From positions 4,226,021 to 4,290,020 of the forward strand of contig NW_003314262.1 of NCBI RefSeq assembly GCF_000143415.4: a stretch of 64,000 bases of DNA, in the 5' to 3' direction. This DNA is from Selaginella moellendorffii. Its lineage: Eukaryota; Plantae; Lycopodiophyta. Both the position numbers and the translations under genes were made by a program. The notes beneath the pieces are model-generated. The model made no database searches. It saw only the letters and a list, made by a program, of their open reading frames with translations, and was not told the origin of the DNA. Of this stretch, positions 48,261-62,469 are shown piece after piece (position 1 is the first letter of the stretch; each line of letters begins with the position of its first letter).

Positions 48261-51200
48261 AGCAACCGCCGATGGCATAGAATCCTCATCTAGAAAATCC
48301 ATAGAGGCTGGAATAACAGGCTCGTCAGAAACATGAGAAAAGAATGGAGAAGGAAGAGGAGCCCGAGAAAGGGCATCAGCATCAGCCAAAGAACTCCCTG
48401 GGCGATGAACAACATCAAAATCATATATTTGAAGCTTCAAAGCCCATCGAGCAGTATGACCAACCAAGTTTTTTTGCTTCAATAATGAAGTAACAGCAGC
48501 ATGATCACCTTCAAGTAACGTCCAAAAACCATGTAGATATGCATGAAGTTTCTCGAAACCCCAAACTGCTGCTAAACACTCATTCTCTGTCGTGGAGTAA
48601 TTCATTTCCGCTGGTTGTAATGTACGGCTTATATATGCAATGGGATGGCGCTGACCAGGCACACTCGAGCTCTTTTGCATCAACACACCTCCAAGACCAA
48701 TGTCAGAAGCATCCACGTGCAAAATAAAAGGTCAAGTGTAGTTAGGATATGCCAAAACCGAAGGAGTCATCAATAGCTCTTTGAGATCCTTGAACGCCCG
48801 CTCACAATCTGGAGACCAGATGAAAGATGATGTTGACGACTTCAACAACGCTCGCAACAGTGCAGTGCAATCAGAAAGATGATCCACAAAACGACCGAGA
48901 TACTGCACCTTGCCCAAGAAGCACTGCACATCATTCACACACCTCGGAGTAGGGAACTTCAGAACAGCCACAAGTTTGTCAAGATCAACTTGCAAACTCT
49001 CACGAGAAATACGGTATCCAAGATAAGTTGTATCCTTGGACCCAAACACGCACTTCGTCCGCTTCAGCTTTAAACCAACATCGCGTAGCCGATCTAACAC
49101 TTTACAAACATCACGAACGTGTTCCTCCCACATTCCCTTCGAGTGGATCAAGACATCATCAATGAAGTCAACAGTCACCTCTGGCATATCGCAAAGAACC
49201 TCGTCCATCATCCGTTGGAAAGTTGCTGGAGCATTGTTTAAACCAAACGGCATCACCAAGAACTCGTACAAACCAAATGGTGTACGAAATGCAGTCTTAG
49301 GAATATCTTCTTCGGCCATCGGTACATGCTAGTACCCAGAAGCAAGGTCTAGCTTGGTGAACCAACAACTTCGCCCTAGACGATCCAAGAGATTTGCAGT
49401 GTGAGGAAGAGGATACACATCTGGGATCGTCACTTCGTTTAACAGACGATAGTCGATACAAAAACGAATACTCCCATCAGGCTTCGTCACAAGATGACAT
49501 TCACATGCCCAAGGACTCCACAACTTCCAAATAACACCCTTCTCCAACATCTCTTTGACATTTGCACGTAAAATCTTGATCTCCTTGGGTGACCGACGAC
49601 AAACGAGAACCTTGATTAGATGAGCATCCTTGGTTAGAATTAGATGATGTGTGGTAATCTTGGCCCCAGACGATAGGTCAAATTCAAAGAGATCAAAATA
49701 CTCCTTCATCAACCGGTCCACCGCTGCAACACAAAGATCGTCGGAGGGATCGGAAAAGGGAAGAGCAGAATAAGATGGAAACACAGGAGGAAATAGTGGG
49801 GAAACAAAAGTAATGGAAGCAGAGGTAGAAGTAGAGGGACGAAGAGGTATAGAAGTGAGAGGAATGGATGAAACATAAGGAAATATGAGACAAGGGGGAG
49901 AAGCTTCAAAATCACACTTAGCATGATTGCATTGCAACTAATCCATACCAAGAATGAGGTCAAAAGCTTGACTTGGCACCACCCGCAATGACTGCAACTC
50001 AAGCTCGAGATCACCCACACGCACAACCCCTCATCCCGTGCACATGCATGTGTATGGCCTTTGCCATAAAGAATGAAAACTGGTTTCGCCACATGACGCA
50101 AGTGTAGACGGCAACGTGTGGCAATAGGTCGAGCAATAAAAGATAAACTCGAACCTGTATCAACTAACATGGAGAGAATAATAGGAGACCTTTTGTTATA
50201 AAAACGAGCTTGGAAAGTAAACACTAAATGAACCGGTGCCGAGTGAACCCCTTGATGATACTCCTGAAAGAAAGGAGGGGTCACTGACTTATTCACGCAA
50301 GGTCCCTCCGTTACTCGTGCGACTCCTCGTTTCCCGGATGTATCTCGGTGTCCAAACCGTCCACTGCAGCAACACCAACGGGACGTTGCTGACGCCAAGG
50401 TCTCCACCCAGGAAATGGAGGTCGCCAATCCGGAAAACGCCGACAACGCCGATAAGTATGACCAACTTCATCACATGCCCAGCAGCGAACATCAAGGCCA
50501 CGACCACGTCCTCGCCCTTGTCCTTGGACTCGAGCAGCAGCAGCATCAACCTCCATTGGAACAGGACCATCACTTATAGGAAGTGGAGCTGAAGGACGTG
50601 CAGCGAGAAGTGGAAGAGGTGACATCTTATAACGTTGTGCCAAGTGAAGAGCATCGTCAAGGGTGGCGGGAGCAAGTGCATGCACAAGTTCGACAAGATC
50701 TTAACGAAGTGCTGGCCACAACATTCTTAGCTTGATCCGCTCCGACATATTTGGCTCTGCACGAAGCAAAAGACTTCGGAAACAAATGCCAAATTGCATC
50801 ACTGACTCAGATGGCCCTTGGCGAAATGATGCAATTGTTGGAAGGCATCATCACAGTCATTGGCATTTCTGAAAGCGCGTTTGAAGACGTTCGGGAGAAC
50901 ACTCCAATCCCCACGAGTGGTTGCACTCAAACCATTGTACCACTACAATGCCGTCCCTTGAAGACACGTGGGAAACTCACACAAATGTCAAGCATCATCC
51001 CAAGAATGATATGTGGCAATCACCGTGAAGTGATCGAACCAATTGTACACATCATCCCCAGGATTCCCGCGAAAGAACTCCGGCCAAACGCAAGGATTGG
51101 CACCAAGAGTAGAAGGAGTTGTACCACATGCCGTGAACACCGCCATCAATTGAGTTTGGTTATTCAATTGCAAGCACATAGCATCAAGCAATTGTACCAA

Positions 51201-51938
51201 CTGCTGCTCCAGAGTCAAAGGAGGAGATTGTTGATCTGCCATGAAGACGAATGAAAAAGAAAGAAAAAAAGAAGAGAAATAACAAAAAGCTAGAAGGAAA
51301 TGATAGATCTAGACAATGCAAAAAGTTAGATCTAAACCAAAATCCTAAAAGGAAAGAACAAAAGAAAGAAAATGAAAAAAGCTAGATCTAAACTAAAATC
51401 CCAAATCCAAGCATTCCTCAGGGATAATCAAAAGTGCCCCTTATCTCCACCAATGTGAGTGCTTGGAATATGGAAAGGGAATATAGAAATGTGCATATCA
51501 ATTAGCCCAAAAACCCTAGTTTATATATAGAAACAAGTGGTCTGGATTGAAACCAATCCGACGGCTATCAAAATCCCACTACGCTAATATTAGTATACGG
51601 CATCATAGCCGTACATTTGGCCCTCACAATATTTGTTATATATTATATCACTAATATATTCATTATAAATTATTTTAAAACATTTTTTATTACACCATGG
51701 ATAAGCTTATAACTCAACCTTTCAACTAACGCTACAAGGCAAAAAAAACACATGGGATATGGCAGGCACAAAGTCAGTGTAAGAAGCGTAAGGAAGTGGA
51801 AGACAGTGTGAAACACATGGGATAATGCAAGAGAAGCTTGCCACTATATAAATTGGCATACGTTCAAAGAGCTCTATAACTTCACACTCATCCCTTTGGC
51901 TTCTAAAAGCTTTAGTCTTTTCTTAAGAGTTCAGAGAC

Positions 51939-53225
51939 ATGGCTCTCACAGCAGCTCCAAAGTTCTACACCATCGAGTCTGCTGCTTATCCTGGCTATTG
52001 CATTACTCAGCAAGGCACCCAGATTGTTCTCAGGTCCAAGGACGCGCTCAACCCCTTCCAGGTAAAAATCTTTGAAAACTTTGCCGGTTGTCGATCATCA
52101 TGGGAAACTCTTGTGCAGCTGTGGTACAGGGATGAGTCATGGAACTTGCTGAACCAGGAATTCAGGGACAGCTCCGCGTTCGTGTTTGTAAACCACGGCT
52201 CTAAGAAAGCTCTCCGGTCCCAGGCACACTCAACGTCTCGAAGCAAGGTAAACAGAAAATAGTATTCATACTATACACTGTTTCTGATCATATGGAATTT
52301 TGATGGCAAAAGGCTACTATTGGAGACTATGATCCGGCAGTCCAAGACGATCATCTCCTGTGGCGTATTTCCGGGAGCCACGAAAATCAAGTCTTGATCA
52401 CCATGACTGGAAACAAGTCATCTTATCTGAGCCACACTTCCTCAAGTGCTAGCTTCAAGGATGGGGTGCCAGTGGTGACATCCAACAGCGATGGAAACTC
52501 CCACTGGAAGCTCGTCGCTTACGGTAAGCATATGATTTGTTCTTCTCGGTTGTGGTTCATATGATGATGCTACACAGAGCCTTCTCAAGAGTACAGGATT
52601 ATATGCGACTGGTATGAGCAATACTTGACTTGGAAGCAGCAAAATGTGGACGTAACTTTCAAGAATGCAATCAAGCACAATGACGAGACAAATGTGGTGG
52701 CTATTAGTCCAAACAACGTTCCTCTCGACGGCATGGTCTGTACTTTCGTCGTTCTTTGTAATCTTATCTCATTCTATTTGATTACATATAGACATGGTAC
52801 AAGGTTCCCGCTGGAGGAAGAGATGATACCACGTACTTCACCTCGTTCGTTCTCATAAACAAGGTGACTGGTCTTGCTCTCAAGGGGTCAACCAAGCCGG
52901 GAGACAAGGTAGCTAGTGCACACTGTTGAAAACTTGAAGAAGTTCGCAAACTAAACGAATTGGATGATCATGGCAGGTGCTCTTGACTCAATATGATCCT
53001 CTCGACTACGGTTTCGTGTGGTCTGAGAACCGATTCCAGGCTTCAAAAACGGACTATCTCGCGATCAATCTGGATGGAACAAACTTGCAGTGGTCTCTGC
53101 AGGACAACAATCAGTACCAGAACAGTGCGTGGTATCATCCTCTCGTGCTTCGCCCGGCATCTGCAAACCAAGGATTTGTTCAGCAGCAGGCATGGAAATT
53201 CAATCCAGTGGTGGCAGGGAATTGA
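51939..53225 (+). CDS. EUL-like lectin L5, apparently intact
   Basis: Paralog of L2; 6 exons remain open after splicing. Confidence 0.75.
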
Positions 53226-53435
53226 CTATCAGCCATGTTGTATACTGAGGGACACGCTTACCACTTTTCTTCTTGCAAATAACAAGACTTTTCACGGGAA
53301 AAAGAAGCTGAGCAGTCCCCATTTGTTTCCTTTTCCGATGGAAGCCATGAGCTTTCGTTCAATTCCAGTGTCTGCAAGGATCGAAGATTTAAGAAAACAT
53401 AAAAACATTATGACTATCGACTATCATTCCATATA

Positions 53436-54060
53436 GACCATAAAACCATACATATCCACCGAGTCTAGAATTTACTACGTACCAGATCCCTTTGCAACCT
53501 CAAGCAGGTTTCTTACGACTCCACGAGCATCAACCGAAAACTCCGTTTCATGGCAACATCCTTTGTGTATTTCTGTGAAATGTAAAATAAATAAATAAAT
53601 AAACTTTTGTGAGCTCTCAGTAAGATGAAGGCTTTAGATGATTACCGTGGTCACTGGTGCCTCATTGTCTCAGATGACAATATCGCGAGCATCTATGTCC
53701 TTTCCAAACTCCGTCTTCCAAGTTTCCCACCTGTCTCAAACTGGCGCGGCCAAAACAATGGCTTTGGCGATAGTATATGTTCTTGGAACAGTTAGCTGCA
53801 CCCCTGCACAACGATATAAAAAACTTCCATCAACGTGAAGCTTAGCTTACAGTTGTGCTATTCGTTTCGCAGCGTAGTCCATCCAGCCATCGGGAAGTTT
53901 CCGATGCTGCAACCTCAAAGTGTTACTTCCAGAGCAATGAAGAGCAAGAAAGACCGATCAATTCACATCCAACAATCGCGGCAAGATCTTGCCTCACCTT
54001 CGCAGATCAGGGACGCCAGCGCCGCAATCGCTGCCGGCTTCTTCTACGCCATTTCTCGCT
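53436..54060 (-). pseudogene. Collapsed GT29 remnant
   Basis: Near-identical to 35080-35700. Confidence 0.85.
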
Positions 54061-54092
54061 CCCTCCTCCCTCGCATTCTCTGTAAACCTAGC

Positions 54093-54141
54093 CAATCGCC
54101 TGCAGTCCGATAGGTTACTAGTTCGATCCTAGTTGCCTCCT
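54093..54141 (+). pseudogene. tRNA-Cys 3' half
   Basis: Copy of 35737-35785. Confidence 0.85.
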
Positions 54142-54231
54142 TATCCGATGAATCCCATCGGATAAGGCGCTCCACGAGGTTGTGGTGGTATAAAATGGGC
54201 CTAGATCTCAGAGTTACTCTAGATCTTAAGA

Positions 54232-55461
54232 ATGGAACCTCTCACAGCAGTTCCAAAGCTCTACACCATCGAGTCCACTGCTTATCCTGGCTACTGCATT
54301 ACTCAGCAAGGCACCCAGATTGTTCTCAAGTTCAAGGATGCGCTCAATCCCTTCCAAGTATCAATCTGTATCAATCCAGATCTAGCATCTTGGTTTTGAT
54401 CTCTTGTGCAGCTCTGGTACAGGGATGAGTCATGGCAGTTCCTGGGCGAGGATAACAGTGACCTCTCCGCGTTGGTGTTTATAAACCACGGCTCCAAGAA
54501 AGCTCTTCGCTCCCAGTCATCCTCAACTTCCCGGAGCATTGCCAAGGTATATAAATCACTACAAGTTTGTCTCACACTTGAATTTTTCTCTATCCAGCTT
54601 ACTGTTGGAGATTATGATCCGGCAGTTGAGAACAATTCTCTCCTCTGAAGCTCGGACGATCAAGTCTTCGTCACAGAGACTGGGAATTCGTCCGTGTTTT
54701 TGAGCCACATTTCGTCGTCGAGGTCCAGCTTTAAAGACGGGGTGCCAGTGGTGACATCTGCCCAGGGTGAAAACTCTAGGTGGAAGATCGTTGCTTATGG
54801 TAATCCTCTAGACTTGTGGTCAATTCCTTTTGATTTTCTCGTTGTGCTGCACAGTGCCTTCTCAAGTGTACAGGATTCTGTGTCACTGGTTTGGGAATTA
54901 CTTGACTTGGAAGCAGCAAAATGTGGACGTAACTTTCAAGGATGCAATCAAGCACAACGACTAGATAAACGTGGTGGCTGTTAGTCCAAACAACATTTCT
55001 CTCAACGGCATGGTTTGTGACTTTGTCTGATACTATCATCTTGGATCTCATTCGTATTATTGTAATAGGCATGGTTCAAGGTTCCTGCTGGTGGCCGAGA
55101 CAATACCACGTACTTTACCTCGTTTATCCTAATAAACAAGACTGGTCTAGCACTCAGGAGACAAGGTAAGTCCTAAAACTTTTGAAGGACTTTGCAAGCT
55201 AAACGAAAGATACCTTTTTCATGGCAGGTGCTCTTGACTCAATTTGATCCTCTCGACTACGGTTTTGTGTGGTCTGAGGACCGATTCCAGGCTTCAAACA
55301 CGGACTACGTGGCCATCAATCTGGATGGAACGAACTTGCAGTGGTCTCTGCAGAACGACGATCAGTACCAGAACAGTGCGTGGTATCATCCTCTCGTTCT
55401 TCGCCCAGGATATGTTGAGCAGCAGACCTGGAAATTCAATCCAGTGGTGAACAATGTTTAG
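54232..55461 (+). pseudogene. EUL-like lectin L6 pseudogene
   Basis: Copy of L3 sharing its TAG (54962), plus an extra TGA at 54646. Confidence 0.85.
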
Positions 55462-55714
55462 CTGGGACTTTTATGTTCATAAATGAGATGAGAAGATGCT
55501 AGATCTATGCATGAATGTTCATATGAATAATTACACTTCTAAATGTTTAATCAGCTGCAGTATGATCAATGTCACCAGTTTTTGTAATCAATTCATATAC
55601 TTCCCAACAAAACGAATGTGTTTAGGTTGGCAAAAAGGGAAGACGGTTAACTAAAAAATATTCTGTATTAGCGTTCTTAAAAAATATTCTTGTGTAATAA
55701 ATTAAAATTTGAAT

Positions 55715-56405
55715 TGTCAAGGTATAAATTACTGCATGCTTTCCTCACACTTCATTGCTCTAAATGAAATCTTCAAGGCAACTGTTGGAGACTATGATCC
55801 GGTAGTTGAGGACAATCCTCTCCTCTGGTCTGTATCCGCAAGCTCGGATGATCAAGTCTCCATCACAATGACTGGGAATTCATCCGTATTCTTGAGCCAC
55901 ACTCCAGCTTTAAAGACGGGTCCCAGTGGTGACATCCACCCATGGTGGAAACTCCCAGTGGAAGCTCGTTACTTACGGTAAGCTCATGAATCATATGACT
56001 TGAGTTATGCTTATATAATCTCTTTGTGTCACAGTGCCTCTCAGGATCACAGGATCCTGTGTCACTGGTTTCGAAATTACTTGACTTGGAAGCAGCAAAA
56101 CGTGGACGTAACTTTCAAGGATGTGGTCAAGCACAACAATGAGACAAATGTGGTGCTTGTCAGTCCAAACAACATTTCTCTTGATAGCATGGTCTGCAGC
56201 TTTGATTGTAACACCATGATCTTGGATCACAAACTAATGTTAATAGCCATACACATGGTACAAGGTTCCTGAGGGAGAGACAATACCACACACTTCACCT
56301 TATTTGTCCTTGTGAACAAGATGATTGGTTTGGCACTCAAGTGGTCAACCAAGCTAGGAGATTCATGGTACTTTTGAAAAATGTGAAGAACTTTGCAAAC
56401 TAACA
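55715..56405 (+). pseudogene. EUL-like lectin L7 fragment (L4-like)
   Basis: Matches from about 39770 onward; truncated by element A debris. Confidence 0.82.
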
Positions 56406-58529
56406 CTTTCCGAAACTTTGAGGACTCATTCTTAAAGAAACTTTTTTTAAATTTCCCTTTGCCATATGTCTTTCTTAGTTTGGCTATTCTATTTTTTAGG
56501 GTTAGGTTATAGGAGCACTGGCACACTTTGATAGTTACATTTAATGCTTCATTATAGTTGGTTGGGCATCACTTCACCTCAAGCCTAGATTTGCAAGCTT
56601 GATATGAAGGCATTGCATACATCCATGTTCGTGACAAAGATCCTCTTCGCCATGAGCGCATTCATATATTCTTGAATGGTTCCCACTTGCTTCAGTCTAC
56701 TTAGCTCATCCTTTAAGTGCAAAATAGCATTTGGTAGAACATAGGTTGCACAGATCCTTGCCTTTATCATTTCCCAAGTGGCCACCGGTCTTTCGTTGGC
56801 CTCTGTTGTTTTCCACTAAGATTTAGTATTATCTCCTAAGTATAGTTTTGCACATAAGACTTTCTCCGAGTTCGGTAACCGCAACACTCGGAAATAATCC
56901 TTTATATTGTAAAACTAATCCTCTACCACCTTATAGTTGTTCACTCCCTTGAAGACTGGTGGGGGCTTTGGTTTGTACTTGGGAATTGTTTGGGGGATTG
57001 ATTCCACTTTAATTTTTTTTAACTTTGTTCAGTTTTGCCTCAGTCCCCATTAAAAAGTCCACACCTTTTATGCTATTAGCATATATAGTTTTTTGCTTTT
57101 TCTTTCACTTCTCGTCATGTTTTAGTTTGTGTACGAGGGTCTTTAGTAGGGCATTGATTTGTGCCAATTGTCCTTCTAGAACGTCCAATCAAGCCTTGGA
57201 CAATCGAACCTCTCCACTAAACTTCTGTTTGGAAGATTCTTCACTGAAGTCTTCTTTGTGCAAGGATTCCTCATCCATAGCTTCTTGTTTGATTGGAGGC
57301 TCCATCTCCACCTTAATTTTGTTATGCCCTGCCTTAGCCATCTCTCAACAATCCACTTTTATCCTTCACTAAAACTGAGGAAAAGGCTTTAATACCAAAT
57401 TGTAAACCACAAAATTTTCCTTTTCAATTTGCTAGCTTACCTTATCTATCCGACTACCATGACTTTGGCCTTAGTTAAGTTCCTTCGCCAAGGTTCCTAC
57501 CTATTGTACTACCTCTTACTTGGTTTTACTTGGTTTCAACTACTCACTACATGAACAATAGAGCATTACCCATCCGTCCATGGATTCCCAAATTCTTTCC
57601 CAATTAGACTTAAGGTTCGCCTATAGTCCCCACAAGCACAAGCAGTGAAGCACACTAAACCTCCAGATTTTTAACATCCCTTGGTATAACAACACTTGAT
57701 CATGGGACCCCTAAATCCCAAGCCTTTGATGCATAACTTGCTTCGAGAAACTAGGGGAAAACATTGTGGCCTAACGGCCCAATATGGGTACCCCTACTCC
57801 CTCAATTCCATCTTGAAGTAAAGGCCTAAACCCCTAGAAAAGGTAAGGACCAATGAGTTGCAAAGTACTCAAATGGGGCATCACTTCACATAAGCCGGAA
57901 GCACCACAGTCAGTTTCCCTTCTAGGAGTGGGGGTTGCTCTTGAGCTCTTTCTTGGGTGGGCCTTTTGGCACCACTCGAGTCCATGCTCACTCCCACCCA
58001 AGGCCCCTAAGCCCCAGCCTCAACCTCAAGTTAGTTTAGAAGCACTATTGGAGAGTTCCTTCAAGATTGCTTCTTGAACCTCACTATCTCTACTATACTT
58101 TTGGAACCCTTGCAGCCCCCCCCCCCCTCGAGAGACACATACTTTGGTCTTTCACCCCACGACCTGTATTAGTCTCGGACTTGGTCTCAGACTCAATCTT
58201 GGACTTGACCTCGAACTCGGTCTCAAACTCGATCTTGGATTTAATCTCGAACTCAATCTTGGACTTGACCTTGGACTCTATCTCGGACTCAATCTTAGAC
58301 TCAGTCTTGGACCCGATCTTGAATCTTGGACTCGGTCTCAAACTCGGTCTTGGACTCGGTGTTGAACTTAGTCTCGGATTTGGTTTCGGACTCGATCTCG
58401 AACTTGGTCTCAAACTCGATCTCAAAGTCAGTCTCGAACTCGATCTCAGACTCGATCTCATTTGATAAACTCTTTGTCATTTTGGTTGTGCTTTTGGCTA
58501 ACGACACTTCGGGGAGTTGGTTTTTTACA
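56406..58529 (-). mobile_element. Decayed family A: 5' LTR (57401-58529), PBS and gag
   Basis: Reverse complement of the A LTR and of about 211-1260, with many C>T / G>A changes. Confidence 0.9.
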
Positions 58530-60421
58530 AGAAGGCATAGACCCTTTGGCAGTGATTGAGTAAAAATTGAACAAAGTCGAACAAACCAAAATAGAATTAG
58601 TCTCTCAAGTAGTTCCCAAGTACAAACCAAAGCCCCCACCAGTCTTCAAGGGAGTGAAAGACTCTAAAATGGTGGAGGATTAGTTTTACAATATGGAGGA
58701 TTACTTCTAAGCATTGCAATTATTGGGCTTGGAAAAGGTCCCATGTGCAAAACTATACTTAGCTAATAATGCTAAGTTTTGATGGAGAATAACAAAGGCT
58801 AACGAAGGATTAATAGCCATTTGGAATGATGAAGGTGAGGAACAATATAACTTATATTCCTCCAAATGCTACTCTTGAATGGGTTTATAGCCAAAAGGAT
58901 CTTTGTCACAAACATGGGTGACATAGATGTGTTCCATGCTTTCAGGCTTATAGGCTTGGGCTTGAGATGAGGTGATGTGTTGGAATTTTACCAACTACAA
59001 GGAAACATTGGATGCAGTTATTAAGGTGCATTTCAATAATAACTTGCAAAAAGGGAACACAATATGATTGGGGTCCACATTAAGCAAAAGAGCCAAACCA
59101 AGGGGGCATATGGCAAAGGGAAATTCAAAATGAGTTTCTCTAAAAATGAGTCTTTAAGGTTTTGGGAAGGTAGATCTTGTGGCTAAAGAGCAAGTATGTG
59201 GGGAAGTCAGGTAAAAAGGGACAAACCCATTGATAAGAAAATAAAATTTACCAGCAACATGGGAAAGAATATTTGTTTCAATTGCAATGAAGTAGCACAC
59301 TTTTCGAGAGAATGTCCCTACCTGAAAAAGGCCAGAGTCAATATAACCATCAAGTTGGGTGAAGTCTAAACTGAAGTATGTGATCCAGTCCTTAGCTCAA
59401 AGTTACTTATTACATAAACAATTTTGGTAGAGAGTTGTTCACGACATCAACTAACCCTCCAAAGGAAGCTTAGAGGTAACTTTGTTAAGATCTTTATTAA
59501 GATGGGTGCTTCAGATAATTTTATGGCTATAGATATAATCCAACAAGCCAGACTAATGGTGTAGTGGCTAGGTGAACTAAAGACTATAAAGTTTATTCAA
59601 GGTAGTTAAGCACCGATGAGGTACTTTGACAAACAAGAGTCGAAGTAGAAACATGAAAAGTGGATATGGATTTCACTGTATTAGACATAACGAGATTTGA
59701 TGTGATTTTCGGGATGGATTAGTTCAATCAGTTTGTGGTAGCCTTGCATGGACAAGGTAAAAACCTTGTGGTACTGGCGAATGCCCGAGGAGAACGATCT
59801 AGGATTTAAAGGTAGGACAATGTAAGGCCAAAGACTCCTGTTTGAACTTAGTGTCCACAAGAGGACAATTCAATAAAGGAACCAAGGTAGCATTTTTATG
59901 TGCTTACTCTCAATGGGGAGTGACAAAAAGATAGGAATAGATGAAATATTTTTAGTGATACAGTAGGTGTTAAACCAATTTCGTGATACCATACCGGAGG
60001 AGTTACCGACAGAGTTATCCTCCACACGACTAATAGAATATAAGATTGAGTTGGTCGAGGGTGATAAGGCAGTGGTTTGTCCCCCCTATCAGTTGAACGA
60101 AAAGGAACTCGAGGAGCTCAAGTGCCAACTTGAGGAGTTAGTGGATAAAGGGTATGTTAGGTTGAGCAAGTCGCTGTATGGGGCACTAGTGTTATTTGTG
60201 AAAAAGAAAGATGGCTCTATGCATATGTGCATAGACTATTCGTTACTCAACAAGTATACAAAGAAGAACAAATGCCCTTTACCAAGGATTGAGGACATAT
60301 TTGATAGGTTGGGAAAGGCCAAATATTTCTTGAGGATTGACCTAAGGTAAGGATATTACCAAATTAGGGTAATAGAGGAAGATGTCGAGAAGATAACTTA
60401 TCGAACAAGGTATAGAAGTTT
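58530..60421 (+). mobile_element. Decayed family A gag-PR-RT fragment
   Basis: Collinear with about 557-2525; many stops. Confidence 0.9.
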
Positions 60422-60815
60422 CCACTGCACATGCATAATCTCTAGAGGATCGGTCTACTGGATGTCATGTCGAACCTCATAAACTTGTGGTCCAACTTGC
60501 CGCAACACCCGATATGGTCCTTTCTACTGCGCAAGGAGCCCCTTAGATAAACCACGTATCGTAAGATGGGGAAAATGAACTAACACCAAATCATCCACTT
60601 TGTACTCTGCAGGTGGACAATGATGGGAGTTGTACCGCCGTTGTTGTCCCACTTGTATGCGGCCTAAGTGTTCAGTAGACTCCGCTCAGACAAGTGGAAC
60701 GATGTTCATCAAATACTGATCCCACGACCTAGCATCCGTAACTTGTGGCAATCGCGAAGGTAAACCTAGCTCTGTTGGTAATATTAGATCATGACTATAT
60801 AGGAGTTTATAATGC
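60422..60815 (-). mobile_element. Family C integrase 3' fragment
   Basis: Matches about 44028-44415. Confidence 0.88.
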
Positions 60816-60824
60816 ATAGCCAAG

Positions 60825-61945
60825 TTGAAATACAAATTCCTGAGCCCCAAAGTGGAGCTCAAAAGGTGCCATATGGTAATGGTTGAAGTGGAAGCCTAAC
60901 ATGTGTGACATGTTTGGACCAAAAGCTCTGACTTGAAAAGTTGAGAGAGGGAGTGGAACTTCGAATAAAGTGCTTGAGGAATGAGCACGAAACAATTAGT
61001 GAATGAGTCTCTAGAAAGGGGACACAAGAAAGATTGACACATTGTCAGTGTTATGACACATAGAAGTGTCAGGAACAAGTTCGAGATGGGACCTGAGAAA
61101 GAGTCCGAGGTGGAGTCCAAGAAGGAGTCTGAGATGGACTTGAGATGGAGTCTGAAATGGACCCAAGATGGAGTCTAAGATGGAGTCTGATATGGATCTG
61201 AGATGGACCTGAGATGGAGTTCAAGATGGACTTGAGATGGAGTCTAAGATGGACCTAAGATGGAGTCTAAGATGGACTTGAGATGGAGTTTAAGTTTGAG
61301 TCCAAGATGCAGTCTGAGATCGAGACCGAGATCTAGTCTGAGATTGAGACTGAGATCCAGTATGAGATTGAGACCGAGACCGAGACCAAGACCGAGACCA
61401 AGATTGAGACTGAGAGTGAGACCGAGATTGAGACTAAGAGCGAGGTTGAGACTAAGATTGAGACTGAGACTGAGACCATGTTTGAGTTCGAGTCCGAGTC
61501 TGAGTCTGATTCTAATTCTGATTTCAAGTCCAAGGGTGAAAGCCCAAAGCATTCATCTCCCAAACAATAGGGGGTTTGGTGAGCTCCAAAAGTATAGTAG
61601 AGGGAGGCCTCTAATAGAGCTAGTTTGGCCAAGAAAGGCCAATATGACCAAATAAGGCTATACCCACGTGGTAGGTGATGATATAACCATTAAAGAGTTC
61701 AAAGCTAGAGTGAATATAGATAAATAAATGAAGTAACTTAGTGAAGTATTTAAGAGTTGGATCTAGCTCCCTTGGGAGATTGAATGGCTAATGTTCTCAA
61801 TCCAAGTGTGGGTGGCACCACCTACTTAGATACCTAGATGTGGTTCATTAGAACCTTACTCTAGCCACATAGCTAGGGCACCTAAAGGCAAAAAGTGTGA
61901 GTACCCATGAGGCTCGTGTAAGGCTATAATGTTTCAAAATGACAT
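60825..61945 (+). mobile_element. Decayed partial family B-like LTR
   Basis: Reverse complement of about 47070-48255, including degenerate hexamer arrays. Confidence 0.82.
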
Positions 61946-62469
61946 GGAAGACCAAGATTTAAGGAAAATTCCTCATCACTCAACATAATAATTTTATCTC
62001 CATTAGCACAAGTGTTAGCAAAGTTAATGCCTTAACAACACATCCTCTTCATCCAACAATCTATTCCAAGTGCTAATAGATCAATTAACAAGTTATAACA
62101 AATAAACACTATAACTCTTTTTCAACTCCTCAATGGGCAAACCCTCAAGGAAACAAGGTACCAACTTAAGTTTAGCATAATAGATCACCATTGAGAATTT
62201 AGTCAAAGCTTCTATAATGCTATTACATGTAAGTAAATTAGCTTCATTATCAATCATTTTGGGGTTAATCATTGTAACCAAGCAACTTCGTAAAGACATT
62301 GCTTATTATCACATGAAAATGATAAAAAATCACAATGATTTGATCATCAATTGAGCAACACCATGAGCAATACCCGTGTCATTACTTTAAAAGTTTATAT
62401 GAGTATCAAGTGTTAACTCAATTTAATAAATGTAACATAAATACCACACCCACCAATTACCCATATCGA

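Larger units (their letters stand above)
43710..51628 (-). mobile_element. Non-chromovirus Ty3/Gypsy element (family C), 175 bp LTRs, two nested solo LTRs
   Basis: LTRs 43710-43884 and 51454-51628; ATAT 4-bp TSD; PBS TGGTGGAGATAAGGGG; PPT GAGAGGAGGAGATGA; CWACDEVGHTYRRC, VDTGSS, FIDD, HVDASD, SDNG motifs with stops; no chromodomain. Confidence 0.93.

Noticed and set aside
47210-48293. Long SR-, SD- and GL-repeat ORFs (also 11054-11368, 16720-17555, 44683-44997, 58067-58639, 61244-61655)
   Set aside because: By-products of stop-free hexamer arrays inside LTRs, open in most frames.
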